Part shown: positions 13,220 to 25,900 of the stretch, in pieces | Layout: each line of letters opens with the position of its first letter | Position numbering within the stretch: position 1 is the first letter of the stretch | Origin: Macrostomum lignano | Taxonomy: Eukaryota | Assembly (NCBI GenBank): GCA_002269645.1 | Contig: NIVC01000106.1 | Coordinates: 620,001 to 684,000, forward strand | Length of the DNA stretch: 64,000 bases | Direction: 5' to 3' | Notes under the pieces: generated by a model | Database searches by the model: none | Told to the model about the DNA's origin: nothing | The model's input: the letters and a program-made list of their open reading frames with translations, nothing else | Made by a program: the position numbers and the translations under genes

Positions 13220-14281
13220 ATGGAACTCTCTCGAGAGCATTTTAGAGCCATGATTTATTATTACTACAAAATGGGTTTATCACCCCAAGAATCACTAAAT
13301 CGGCTCCAAAGCTGTTTTCAAGACTCTGCACCATCGCAGACAACAGTTTTTGACTGGTATGCGGAATTCAGACGCGGTCGGCAGCACCTCCAAGATGAGC
13401 CCCGTTGTGGCAGGCCTGCAACCGCAGTTACCCAGCAAAACATTAATGAGGCAGAGCGGCTTATCTTGGAGGATCCTCGAATCACCTACCGCCATCTCGA
13501 GGCAAGCCTGGAGGTTGGATTGGGGGCACTTAATGAGATCCTGCACCAACACCTTCGAGTGCAAAAGAGGTGTGCCCGGTGGATCCCCCACTGCCTCACT
13601 GTTGACCAGAAGACTGCCAGGGTGGAGTGGTTGCTGGTTCATGCTCACCAAATTCAACAGTGGACACCAGCGGTCTGTTTTTGACATTCTAACAGGTGAT
13701 GAAACATGGATTTACAATTTTGACCCCGAGACAAAGCGTCGATCATCGCAGTGGTGCTTTCCCGATGAGGATGCCCCTCAGAAGGCCATCTGATCCAGGA
13801 GTTCAGGAAAGAAGATGGTCGCAGAATTCTTCAGCTGCTCGGGCTATGTGGCCACAGTAGCGCTCGAGAGTCAGCAGACGGTGACAGCACATCGGTACAC
13901 CAACGTCTGTTTACCAAAAGTCCTCAACGCATGGGACGAACGACGTCCTGGAACTGGAGTCCGTGGTCTTCTGTGGCACCATGACAACGCCCCGGCACAC
14001 ACGGCTGCTTTGACTGTTGACTTCTTGACCGATTCTGGAGTAAAATTGCTACCACACCCAGCCTACTCACCTGACCTGGCCCCGTGCGACTTTTTTTGTT
14101 CCCGAAAGTCAAGAGTCAGCTGAAGGGGCGTCGGTTTTCATCCAGTGAGGAGGCTGTTCAAGCGTACCACGATGCCGTGGCAACCATAGGACAAAGTGAA
14201 TGGTCCCAATGCTTCACCAACTGGTTTCAGAGGATGAATCGTTGCATGCAAGTTGCTGGAGAGTACTTTGAAAAGTTGTAA
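13220..14281 (+). mobile_element. Mariner (Tc1/mariner, DD34D) transposase pseudogene
   Basis: HTH region EFRRGR...DEPRCGRP, WIPH, TGDETW, HDNA, YSPDLAPCDF with 34 residues between the 2nd and 3rd Asp, C-terminal GEYFEKL. Two frameshifts (about 13635 and 14100) and a TGA at 13791-13793. No TIRs recognised. Confidence 0.95.
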
Positions 14282-14986
14282 CTAGTTTCACTTTGTTAAC
14301 TTGGTTCATTGTTACGTATCCGGCATGACGAGTTCGACGAAGCCCATCGCCTTACACAGAAGATACAACAAAAGTTTCAGGCTGAGAGAGAATTAGGAGA
14401 AAGTAGAGAAGAGAGGACAGCGGCGTAGAGATGGATGAAGATACCATTAGCGCAGCTTGGCGTGGGAAGTCTTTTGAAGCGGAGATCGTTGCGGATTGAC
14501 TGGCCACAAGGACTGGGACGAGGAATTGCCCTCCTGACTTATTAACCAGGACTATTGGGTATTCTTCGTTGTTCTTGGTCTGCAGGCTAGATTGCCTTTT
14601 TTGGTAATTCAGAAGCTTAAAAGTCAAGGAGATATTATCAATTTATAGGTTGTAGAAATAAAGAACTGGAAAGTTCTTATCTTACGAGTACCAATTCATT
14701 TTGCAGACAAAACAATCCTTCAGCAAAATGTACACGAGTTGCGAGTGTAGTGATATTCTACTTTAGCTGTCCGTGGGCTCAACCACGTACAGGGCCTACA
14801 AGTACTTGAAGTGGTAGCCAATAGGCTTTTAACCTGAAATTGGGGCTATATAGGACGGACAGAAACTGGACGACCTGCAGTTACGGCTCTCACTATTTTA
14901 CCCAAAACTGAAGCGGGTAGCTCAATTGACTCAATCGAAAGTCTCATTGTGTTAAAAGCCACTAAATAAGCTCGTGAAAAGCAGCG

Positions 14987-17900
14987 ATGAATCGAAGACT
15001 AACAAACGCAGCTCTCATCGGATTACTATTACTTTTTGAGACCGCTCTTGGTAAGCTTTGCAACATTAAGTCAACACTTTCGGACATTGTACAATACATG
15101 TATTGCACCAACATTTATTGAACAAAAATCAAATGAATTGCAGCGGCTCGCTACGCCTTGGTTCCGAAAAACAAGCCTGCGAAAATGTCTACTAAGATTT
15201 ATTCATCGGAGAACCCGATGCTGGGAAACGATGGCAACACCGATGGGAAACTGGTCCATGGTTCTCAGTGCTTCCACACTGATCCAGCTGATACGCTGCC
15301 CTGGTGGATGTTGGATATGGAGCAGGTCTACCTCGTCTTTGGAGCAGTGCTGTGGAACAGGCTCTCCACCGATTATCCTGATCTCAATGACAGAGCTTCA
15401 CGACTCAGTGTTGGTAGGTGCCGGAGTTCGTTGCCTCGTAATCTGAAAAATGATGCCGAATAACTAAAATGTGTAACTCCTCACTGCAGCTGTCTCATCC
15501 AATGCGGCTGTGTGGACGAGCTTCAACAAGGACCTGTTCGACCTGTGCGCCTACTATGGCGGCACTCCCACTGTCGATGGCAACCCGATCAACCTCACCT
15601 GCGTGCAGCCGGTCGCTGGCAGGTACTTCGCTATCTACAAGAACGTCTCTGGACTCTCGGATAAATCGTTTCACCTGTGCGAAATCGATATTCTTACCAG
15701 TGAGTCGAATAGATAAAATGATTTTTTACATTTCAGTATTTCTGAAGTAGCATTTTGAGCTTTGGTCTTCTGTTCGGCCCCGTTTTGGGCTTCAAAAACG
15801 CAATTTCGTATTAAGAAGGAGGCCTGCAAGTTGTAGCGGCCCACTATGCGCCCCACAATAGTTGCGCTACCATAAAATTGCGCAGACGTAAGAAGAGAAT
15901 AATGACATGAGCTCAACTTTTATCACCTCTTTGACATCGCAAACCCCACATTAGAGTTGCGTCCCCATCGATTAAAACCTCTGCAAGTGTACTCAAACAA
16001 AAAACCCTTCCTTTGAGTTAAGTATAGTCAGAGTACATTTTTAAGCTATCTGGAAATGTCACTTCTTCAAAAAGTCTCAATTAACATAACGACAGCTGGA
16101 ATGTTCACATTTTTAAAGAATGACCAACCTTGCCGCAGAAAATAGAGCGATCAAATTGCCGGTGGCGGAATTGCGGCGGCAAAATTTTGGGGCGGTCATA
16201 TTGTGGCGGTCATATTGTGTCCTAGACCCCTTGCGGTCCAACCCCCAAGGCACAGTGAAGAGTACATGCCTAACGATAAATAAAGCTAGGGCCGCTGTAC
16301 ACTCCTGTGGGAGTTTTACTTGACAATATCTTGTGAAAAAAAGTTGTGTGGCAGTTTTTGCTCAATAATTCCAATAAAATATAGTTCTTTCAATAGTTTT
16401 CCTGCTTTAGCTGCTCATGTATACTCAGCAACATCGAAAAGTCGCCATCATAGATGATTCCGTCTGTGGTCCCCACTTTCGAGAGTGCAGGTAAAGTCTA
16501 TTAATCCTTGCGACTGACGCAACTTAGCTACGACGCGACAGACTTGATTTGAGGAATGAAGTTGGGGAGCGGTGTGCGAGGGTTGGACGGATTAAAGCTA
16601 CCCCGATCAGTTTTCTCGTATCTTTTTTTAGAATAACCCAAGAGAAATCGCTCACTGGCGCATAGAGTGGCGACTCTTCAATGTTGCTGAGTGCATGTAT
16701 ACCTATTAGTTATGAACTAGCAATCAGCGCCCCCCGTTGAGGAGCCAACAATGGATGGAATACAATTTTTTAATAAACTGCATGTAGCTTCTTCTTGCAA
16801 TAACCTCAGCAATTCCCCTCGTAAGCCTTGACAGCTCAGCTATTCCCCCCGTGAGCCTTGACATTTTAACAATCCCCCCGTGAGCCTTGACATCTCAGCA
16901 ATTTCCCCAGTAAGCCTTGACATCTCAGTGATTCCCCCAGTAAGCCTTGACATCTTAGCAATTCCTCCCCAGTAAGCCTTGACAGCTCAGCTATTTCCCC
17001 AGTAAGCCTTGACATCTCAGTGATTCCCCCAGTAAGCCTTGACATCTTAGCAATTCCTCCCCAGTAAGCCTTGACAGCTCAGCTATTTCCCCAGTAAGCC
17101 TTGAAATCTCAGTGATTCCCCCAGTAAGCCTTGACATCTTAGCAATTCCTCCCCAGTAAGCCTTGACAGCTCAGCTATTTCCCCAGTGAGCCTTGACAGC
17201 TCAGCTATTTCCCCAGTGAGCCTTGACATCTCAGCAATTTCCCCAGTCAGCCTTGACATCTCATCAATTTCCCCAGTAAGCGTTGCCATCTCAGCAATTC
17301 TCCCTTGAAGCTTTGACATCTCAGAAATCCCCCCTCAAGAGGCGCAAGCCTTAATGCAATTTCTCCAGATTTTTTATCTCAGATATTTTATACGAGGCTT
17401 GACAGCTTAGCATTCCCCTGAGAATCTTTTATTACGCTTCTTGTATTTTAAAATTTAATATAAAAATAATTAAAAAATTTTGCACTACTCAAAGATTCGA
17501 ACCCAGGTCGCTGCATTAGCAAATCAGCCTGTTCACATGCAGGCTAGCTCTCTATTGAAATGCATTGTAGCATTTATGATTCAACACTCACAAGTTATTT
17601 AGAGTAAAAATCACACGATGCAGTTATGGCATAATCAATTTCTCAGTCAGTCAGTATCAGTTTCAATTAAAGTTAACAATATGGTTACGCAATCTCTCTA
17701 AATCGTCTCGTGCTATGCTTCCACACTGTTTTCGATAAATAAAAAGCCTTGTGTGATGCAATCTTTATCAGAATCAGAATTCAGTCAGTCCGTTTTTTTC
17801 TGTAGCACAAGTCTGCTTGACCTTTGCAAAAAGCATGTTTTTCGAATATTTAATCCCTTTAGCATTGAGCAATTGAGGATTAGTATAGGTAGAAGTTACG

Positions 17901-18236
17901 GAGGATCTGAAAGGTGGGTAGAATCATCCAGCATTGAAATTCCTTTTTTCTTCAATTTTAGTCGTTTCCACTGGCACAAATTTGACGGAATTCTTTTCGA
18001 GAGGCCAGCAGCCCAGTTTCATTCCACCAGCTGCCACGCGACCGTACATGACCAGCCAGTCGGTCAGCTACCTCGCCGAGTGCGCCGCGCTGTGCCGTGA
18101 CAACATCCTCTGTCGTTATTTTCTGTTCTCCGGTGCAAACCGCAACTGCTCGATGTTCCAGTACTCCAGCATCCCAAGCGACTTCATCGGAATGTGGAAC
18201 GGAAAGGAAGCCGGTTTTTGGAAGTTCTCTGGCTGA
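14987..18236 (+). CDS. Secreted F-type lectin (FTP/F5-8C) + PAN/apple protein, paralog 1, 272 aa
   Basis: Exons 14987-15050 (signal peptide MNRRLTNAALIGLLLLFETAL), 15144-15413, 15490-15699, 17962-18236; all phase-1 GT-AG introns; 819 nt. CFHT...PWWMLDM...WNR...GRYFAI...LCEIDI lectin motifs; ECAALC...CRYF...CSMF PAN-like Cys pattern. Confidence 0.88.
16238..16305 (+). mobile_element. Fragment of SINE-like family 2
   Basis: About 68 bp with about 2 mismatches to 3129-3196 (CCAACCCCCAAGGCACAGTGAAG...GCCGCTGTACACTCC). Confidence 0.75.
16422..16693. mobile_element. Tc1/mariner-type MITE, about 270 bp
   Basis: Terminal inverted repeats ACTCAGCAACATCGAAAAGTCGCCA / TGGCGACTCTTCAATGTTGCTGAGT (2 mismatches in 25); TA at the left flank; no coding capacity. 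Confidence 0.7.
16800..17330. repeat. About 30-bp minisatellite (CCCAGTAAGCCTTGACATCTCAGCAATTTC)n in lectin-1 intron 3
   Basis: Tandem unit seen directly; explains the MSRLTGEIAE repeat ORF. Confidence 0.9.
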
Positions 18237-19944
18237 GTCGTCATTTTTGAATGCCAAATTTTTACCCAGTCAGCAGTTTAAAGTACGGTTAAATTAGCGA
18301 GAGAGAAGGTATCGATTGCTACTGCAAGATGGCTTGTAGAAAGAACGGATAAGTTCCGTCTCTTAAGAAAATCTTTGAAGACTGGCTATACCGTAGTTGC
18401 TTACTTATCGCTGAGCCATCCACGTTAATCTTCACCTTTTAATTTTATACTCAAAACTAACTAAAAATGGTTTTTCTTTGAAAGAGATAAAATTCTCAAT
18501 TTTTAAAATGAGTACGGTTTACTTGCTGTGACTGCTTCATTGCTTCTTTAACTGCTGAATTAAAAAAGCCTTATAATTTAAAATAATATACAAAGTTATG
18601 TACAAAATATTTTAAAATTCATATCACGATTTTTATTAATTAGCTTTCCTTTTTTAAGTCCGGCTTTTTTATAATAATGAGATATGAACTTTTCTATCTA
18701 GCTAATTATTCTAGCTTACAAAAAATTAAATTTGTTGGTAAAATGACACTGCAAAACAATAATAATTTAAAATATACATATTTTATTTTATACAAAGCAT
18801 AAGTTTTGTAAAATAAACGTTAATTGCTTCTCGCTTATGTATCGTTACAAAAGCCAGCCTTGCAAGATTTTCCAAGAAACGAATTAATTTCCGTTCTTTG
18901 ACTAAATCCCTTGCTAATAATGACTTAAGCAATTTAAACAAGTCGCTATTAATGCTGATTGTATTCTCTTTCATTTTTTTCTCTGATATCAGCTTGTTTG
19001 AAATTCTTCGTGTATAACTCATTCTCAGACGATTGTGCTAACAAAAAATCTTTTTAATGCCAGTCACTCAGTGTAGTGTCCGGCGGGAAGTTTCGGTCAT
19101 TTTGATTTGAATGTAAATAATATGATACATTTATTAAAAATGGTACATTTAGGTATATGAATTCATTTACTCACCCAAGCAATTCTACATACTAAAAATT
19201 ATTGATTAAATTTATTTTATGCCACAGCCTGGCAAAATTTACATGTACGAGTATATCTACTAGTAGCTCATTGCTAAAACTAGCTTTAATGCGTTGCTTC
19301 TGCAGCAAATTAAAGCCTGCTGGTCCCATCGCTGCTGCATGTATTAATATTTTATGAGGCATTCATGCTGAGCAAACCTAGTCTCCTGGGCCTGGGCTCA
19401 ATTATTGTAGATATGCTGATTAATTAGTTGCGTTTTTAATTGCCTACCGTTTTTTACGTCAACCAGGTAACAATGGGGACGGTCAGCCGACAGGTAGCGA
19501 CTTAATTTGGAAATGTAGTTTTTAGTACACCACCTGTCTGATCTGCCTCCGAAGCCTATCCGGCACAGGGGAATCGGAAAATAAATGATGGAACAGCTAA
19601 GAGGGGGACGTCTGCGATCTTATTCTTGCTAGTTGAAATTTCTCAGGAACACATACCGATTCTTAGTTAATTTTGTGCACCTAATGATATGACACAGTTC
19701 CGAATATCCGGTTACCTGGTTTAAATTCTGATTAAAGATTAGTCCTGGACTCCTGGGGCTTACCGAGAGGATTGTCAAGTTTGGTTTGTGTTCGTCTCAT
19801 GAGAGAGTTCTGTGACGTTGTCAGTTTCAGTAGCCCCGCCAAGGGCCGTTTTGACATACGGTACCAATCTTTAATATTACTGGTTTCGTATTCTCACGTC
19901 TGCTTAAAGTAGTGCCCTAAGAATTTTAATCAACTGCGTACAAT

Positions 19945-20317
19945 TGTAAACCCTGCGTACAGCGCGCGATCGATAATTTCTATTCCTGTTTTTCTCAGCC
20001 GGCCAATAGAAAAGCCACGCATTAATTAATTATACTAATTTCTCTCGCGCGCCACCCCCAGCCCGCTCCTTATCAGTTCTGTCTGGCCGTGCGCTCCGGG
20101 TTTAACCCGTTTACACTGGCTCCGCTCCTCTCCACTCCGCTCCGCCGCCACGCTTGGGAGCTCTTGTAGACCTATATACTCTGGCCGCCCTTACTTCGTT
20201 ACTTGCCTTCTCTCTCTCCGCCACGCCTCCGCCTCCGCCTCGGTTAACAATAAATAAGTCTGCAGCCATTGATCGTATTGACGTTAACTAATTCTACTGC
20301 CAAGTGCTACCGCTACA
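19945..20317 (+). mobile_element. Possible solo LTR
   Basis: Starts TGTA, ends TACA, internal TATATA and AATAAA in LTR-like order. No TSD found and no second copy in the window. Confidence 0.25.
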
Positions 20318-22925
20318 AATTTGCCTCTGCCGCATTCATTTGCCTTCGCTCATTCTCGAGGCCGCCACACTTAAATCGTCAGTCGTCACTGTTCTTTAGA
20401 CGCGTACAGATGTCGAATGGCTGAAGAGCGAGAAGACGCGCTTTTATTTTTCTTTAGCAACTCGCTCCTCACCCGCTCTGCAAATTGTTTTGCAGCAATG
20501 TTGCAGGAATATTGACGAATCATGTTTTTGCCATGTTGCTCAGAACAGCTGCATTCTGGCAATTGTGTCATTTCTTTGATGGATTTTGCTAAAACTTTCA
20601 TATGCCTCCATCTTCTTGAGTCATTTGGTAAAATGACTCATCTTCACCAGTAAGGTATTTAAAATTCGATGCTTTATTTGAGATTTCCTATTCGAAGTTT
20701 CAAATTTATCATGGCGAGCATATAAAAGTTCCAACTGCACTTAACCAGGAAGTGAACTTCACTTTCTACCTCCACATGGCTCCTTGGGCAGGTACTACTT
20801 GAAGTATTCTCGTAAATGATGCTTGACTTCATTGTTTTGCAATTCTGGATTGGAAATTTCCCCGACATAATTTTCGGTTGAGTAGTACTATGTACCATTT
20901 GAAGCTGAGCAGGGCAGCTCAATAACAAACGCGCCTGAATCTCACGCCACAACCCCCTGGTCGATTCCATACGCAAACACATTCATTTGGGGCTTGTCCA
21001 CGATATACAAGTTTTAATGCATAGAGTGGATTTTAAATCATTGAGTAGCAAATTAATTCTGACATAATCTTTCCATATACATTTACTCGTACTTGCGATC
21101 GCGGATCTGTGAGAAACAACACAAACATGGACACGTGTACGTAAGCAGGAGCACGTGTCTCGGGCTGACTTTGTACGAGCGTACGAGCCGTACACGAATC
21201 GATTGGCTTTTGGCAATCGACATTCTCAGCAGGCGGTCTGTTAGTCTATCATACTACTGTGCAGATAATTCCGGGAGTAGCAAAACGAAATTATTTGTTT
21301 TTAAAGATCAATTAAGGCGCATAAAGTTTGAGAATTTTGAGCTAAAAGTTAGTCTCGAGCTTGCTATCCGAAAAAAAGCTAAATTTAGCATCGCCTTTGC
21401 GTGGCTCTTTGCGTTAGATCTGAAACAATTGTGTTTGATCTGATTGCGAAGAGATATTTAATACAATTGTATTGCACGAAGCTGGAGGGCCTCATTGACG
21501 CACCGGGATTTCAATATTTTCGCTAATTAAAAATCAATTTATTTCCAGGTTCTAAATGGATTGGCAACAACAAAAGACTACTTTATCTACTTATCGCTTT
21601 CAAATACTTTTTATCAGTCAAAATTGAATTCACTTTAATTGCCTCTTCTCTCTATTTTGAAATCAATTTTAGCTAATGCATTTCTGTTTTATTTGCCAGA
21701 AAACACTGTTGATTGCTATTGGTAACTGATTTCCGTTGTCGTCGACTGTTTGCTTCACTTGAGGAGAAATGTAATAAGCACCGGTACCTATAACTGTACT
21801 GAGTAAGCTTAGAAGGCTTTTAATGAACATTGAATTACGTAGACCACGGTTTGACCACGGCAAGAAACCGCACTGCTCCACGACAACGATCGCTTTTAAT
21901 TTGATTTCGTTATTGACGAAAAGAAACGAATCCATCTTAGGCACTATCAGCAACCATCACAGTACGAGCTCTACTTAGTCGGTTCTGGGACTTAGCGCCA
22001 AAGAGCAGACAAGCCCGCGTGCATGTGGCCATGCCATATCTGACTAGTGCAGTGAGGGTTACCGTAAACATTCTAGTTATCCGAGGTGGCAGGCCATTCC
22101 TCTATCACTTGGATATCATATTTGTCTATAGTATGCAACACAAAAAACATCAGAAAACAATTTGAAGGCAATTTTTTTTCAATTAGCAATAGCTGAAGAC
22201 AATCGGGTTTTAGAGTTGTACGAGAATATTTAATCATACGCAACAGCGTACGAGCAGGCCGAAAAAAATAAGGGTAGCTATACTGACACAACAGCATAAA
22301 ATCACTACAACATTTGGCTTTATTGAGTACACGTCTGGAATATAAAGACTCTGAATATCACCATGTAACACTGGACACTTCCGATAAAAAGGTAGGCAGA
22401 TACAGGAGTAATCCTGGCTTTGTCAAACACTGGAGTATAAATTTCAATAAAATCCGTTAGGCACTTTGATTATTAAAATTATGAATCATAAATTTTGCGT
22501 ACTGCAGAAACTAAACTGCAGCTGAAAATCCAAAGAATCCAAAAAATCTCGAGTAAACCAGAAAAAGTGGACATTTCGTTTTTTAATGTAACTTAAAATT
22601 GGCGACGCAAAAAAGTCTTATCAAAGTTGTAAGAAAGAAAAAAATTGTCCCAAGCGAATTTCCATTGAAGAAGTATCCGCGAAGTCTTATAGAAATATTC
22701 AATTTAGTACTTTAATATAGCTAGAATTACAAAAGGGTACGCTCGTAAAAATCTTTTCCTTCAAGCATAGTCTTTAGGTCTTGATCTAACTGAATAAATA
22801 GTCAATTAAAACCCACGTTGACCATCTTTACCTACAAGCCTAGCTAAGCGTGTAATTTTGCTGGCATTTAGAACCAAATATCCAGTTTCCGAAGTTATCT
22901 ATTTTATAAAAGTCTGCTGACACGC

Positions 22926-25900
22926 TCAGATTGAAAATACAAACCAGAAGTCGTTTTGCTCTTCGTTCCAAATTCCGATGAAGTCGCTTGGGATGCTGGA
23001 GTACTGGAACATCGAGCAGCTGCTGCTTTCAGCAGAGAACAGAAAGTAGCGGCACAGAGGGTTGTCGCGGCAGTCCAGAGCGCACTCGGTGTTGCTCCTG
23101 GCTTTCACAGCAGAGCTGTACGGTCGAGTGGCCAGTGGTGGAACGAAGCTGGGCTGCGTCTCCTGCATGTGGAAAGCGATGTTGGCGCTTTCAGGCATGA
23201 CTGAAAAGAAGAGCGGAGACATTGAATCCAGCGGCTTCTCGAACAGGCAAAGTTGCGCTTTGTGATGTTCGCGCAGTGACTTTGGGTGCGTCAGGTAGCG
23301 CTAACTTTTGTGCGGCAGTGACTGCTCTAATGTAGAAGTATTAGGATCTGGTACAAAGTACTTTTAACGATAGGAGATTCAAAGTAGACTCGCCGAAATC
23401 GTCAGCTTAGATTGAACTCACCAGCTAGAATGTCGATCTCGCACAGGTGAAAAGATGTATCCGTGAGTCCAGAGACGTTCTTGTAGATAGCGAAGTACCT
23501 GCCAGCGACAGGCTGCACGCAGGTGAGGTTGATCGGGTTGCCATCGACAGTGGGAGTGCCGCCATAGTAGGCGCACAGGTTAAACAGGTCCTTGTTGAAG
23601 CTCGTCCAGACGGATGCCACTGACGTAGCAACTGAGAAAATTTTCAAGAGTAGTTCACTCGACAATTTAAACAGAGAATATTTTGGTAGCAACGAAGCCA
23701 AGACACTCACCAACACTCAGTTTTGTAGCTCGATTTGTGACACTGTCAATGCTGCTTATTCGATTCCACAGCACGGTACCGGAGACAAGGTAGACCTGCT
23801 GCATGTCCACCATCCACCAGGGCAGCGGATCGGATGGATGCGTATGAAAGCATTGAGCATTAAGAATGAGCTCGGGATTGGTGTTACCATCGTTTCCATG
23901 ATCCGGGTTGTCAGCTGAGTTGAGCTTCGAAGACATCTTTGCCGTATTGTGTTTCGGAACGAAAACTGTTCGAGTGGCTGAATGAGAAGGAATAATGAAT
24001 TCTTTAGGGGTTAGGCGAATGACGAAGACAGAAAGCAGAATGTGGAGGACAGCAAGCACAAAGCAAAGATCAGGTGAGCAACCCCAAACTCCAAAAAGCA
24101 GGTGAGTCAGAGGAGAAAGGAGGAAAATATAAACAGTAGGAGCCAAGGCAAGCAGACATAGATTGACGGGCTGCTAGGTTACCGGCACTGCCATCAGAGA
24201 TGTACCGCGTGATGTGATGTAAGCGTTGCAGCCAAAACGTTGTCTATGATTTTATTGTCTCTCCCCTTGTTAAGCGTTCTTATCTCGTCACCCATTTTAT
24301 TTAGGACCCTTTTAGGGCTTTCTTTGATTTACAGCTATCCCAATTTGCACTTTAAGTTGTGCCTCAATAAACGGCCTGTCATTTTTGTGATGAACTAGTG
24401 CTGAATCACCGGATTCACTTCACTGAGAAACCACCGAGCTGCGCCAATCTCACAGCAGTTTGATGCGGTCCACGCTTAGACCCGCATTAAAAGCAAAAGT
24501 CGCTCCACCACGCCGGAGCGAATGCGCCGAGAAGCTAGAAGCTTCCAGCCCGGTCTTGCAAGACAGACGATGCAGGCGGTGGCGGACCCCCCGCTGAGTC
24601 AGAAGCCGCCAGGATCGCGGTGCTCTGAGAATATGGAGACTCTGAGACGCATCAGAAAGGCGATTCAGCTGCCAGTGATGTCGGAGCGCAGCCACAAGAC
24701 ACAACTTGAGAGCAGCTGCTGAGCTCGGGCCCATGACCGGGAGCTGGATTGTGTGAATGCACTGTGTTTGAACGAGCTACAAAGATGGCAACACCAGCGC
24801 GGCTGAACTTGACATCAGAGATCCTGATCGCGCTCGCCGAGTCACCCGATTTCTTGCGGTTGCACAGATTATCGAGGCGGAGCATGCCGAACCAGCCCGT
24901 GAGCACGAGAGCCCACAGAGCAGCATCTGCCAGACCTGACAGCAGCAGCTGCTGTCGAATGTGCATCAAATTCTCCGGCCTGAGCGGCTGCTTAGTGGCT
25001 GGGGTCCACGACTTGCTTAGGTCCCGTCTAATTCCTTTTAGGATGAGTGGCAGAATTGGAGCTCGCGCAATTTCGTCGAGACCGAGTCAGCGGCAGTACT
25101 AGCACAACGCTTGCAGATGAAGTTGAACACTGTTGAACGAAAGCAGGCGAAAAGAGATGTCGGACAGGTAGAGTACGAAAAGCTCCACCGTGGGCTGCTC
25201 AGGTTGTTCATTTAGCCCTTGACAGAAGCGACACCAGACTCGCCAAACAGACTCGTAGGTCAGCCGTGTCGACTCCGCTAGAGACAACTCGATCAGACGA
25301 GCCGCCCGCCCCCAAAGCCGCCGCACCGCAGGGCCAGGACCTGTAAAAGCAGAAAATGGGAGGTAGCAGAGGCCAGCGCGTGGGAAGCAAATTCAAGCGG
25401 GCACACTTGCACAGTGCCTTAAAAACGCATGCAAAAGTTAATGAGACCACTCCGAGAGTAAAGTCGCAAAATAGGGTCAGCATAAGTCTGAAACCAGCCC
25501 GGCACATAAAAGAAGTTTAACGCAACTTTGTTAGCGAAACAGAAGAGACCGACAGTCTGAAGCAAACGCAGCAGCTCAGAGTCTTTAGAAGCAGCCTTGT
25601 TGAGAATGCAGATAGCTGGATCATTGTCAACGTAGCATCAGCAGCAGGCGGAGCACCATCAGAGTGAGAAGCGGCACGAGAGCTTCTTTGTAGTTGATCG
25701 GGTACTTGGCAAACTGGCCATTGAATTCCTCCTAGTCGATGAAGATCCAGGCACAAAATTGGTGGCTGCAGATGATGCAGCCGCCCGCCTTCTCAGAGGA
25801 GTCACTCTCCAGCATCCACTCGCTGAGATACTTGGGCCAGAGCTCGCCGCCATTCAGCTTGCGGATAGCCAAGGACCACCACTCCAGCTCGCCACGCAGC

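Noticed and set aside
17485-17560. tRNA-like sequence on the minus strand
   Set aside because: Only a B-box (GGTTCGAATC) is clear; probably a decayed SINE head, too weak to annotate.
20386-21000. Transposase-like C-terminal fragments on the minus strand
   Set aside because: Short broken frames with no catalytic motif I can name; needs BLASTx.
24009-24450. Ngaro split direct repeats or DIRS inverted terminal repeats
   Set aside because: Only about 20 bp of weak similarity between the 5' end and 24290-24315; no extended repeat visible.
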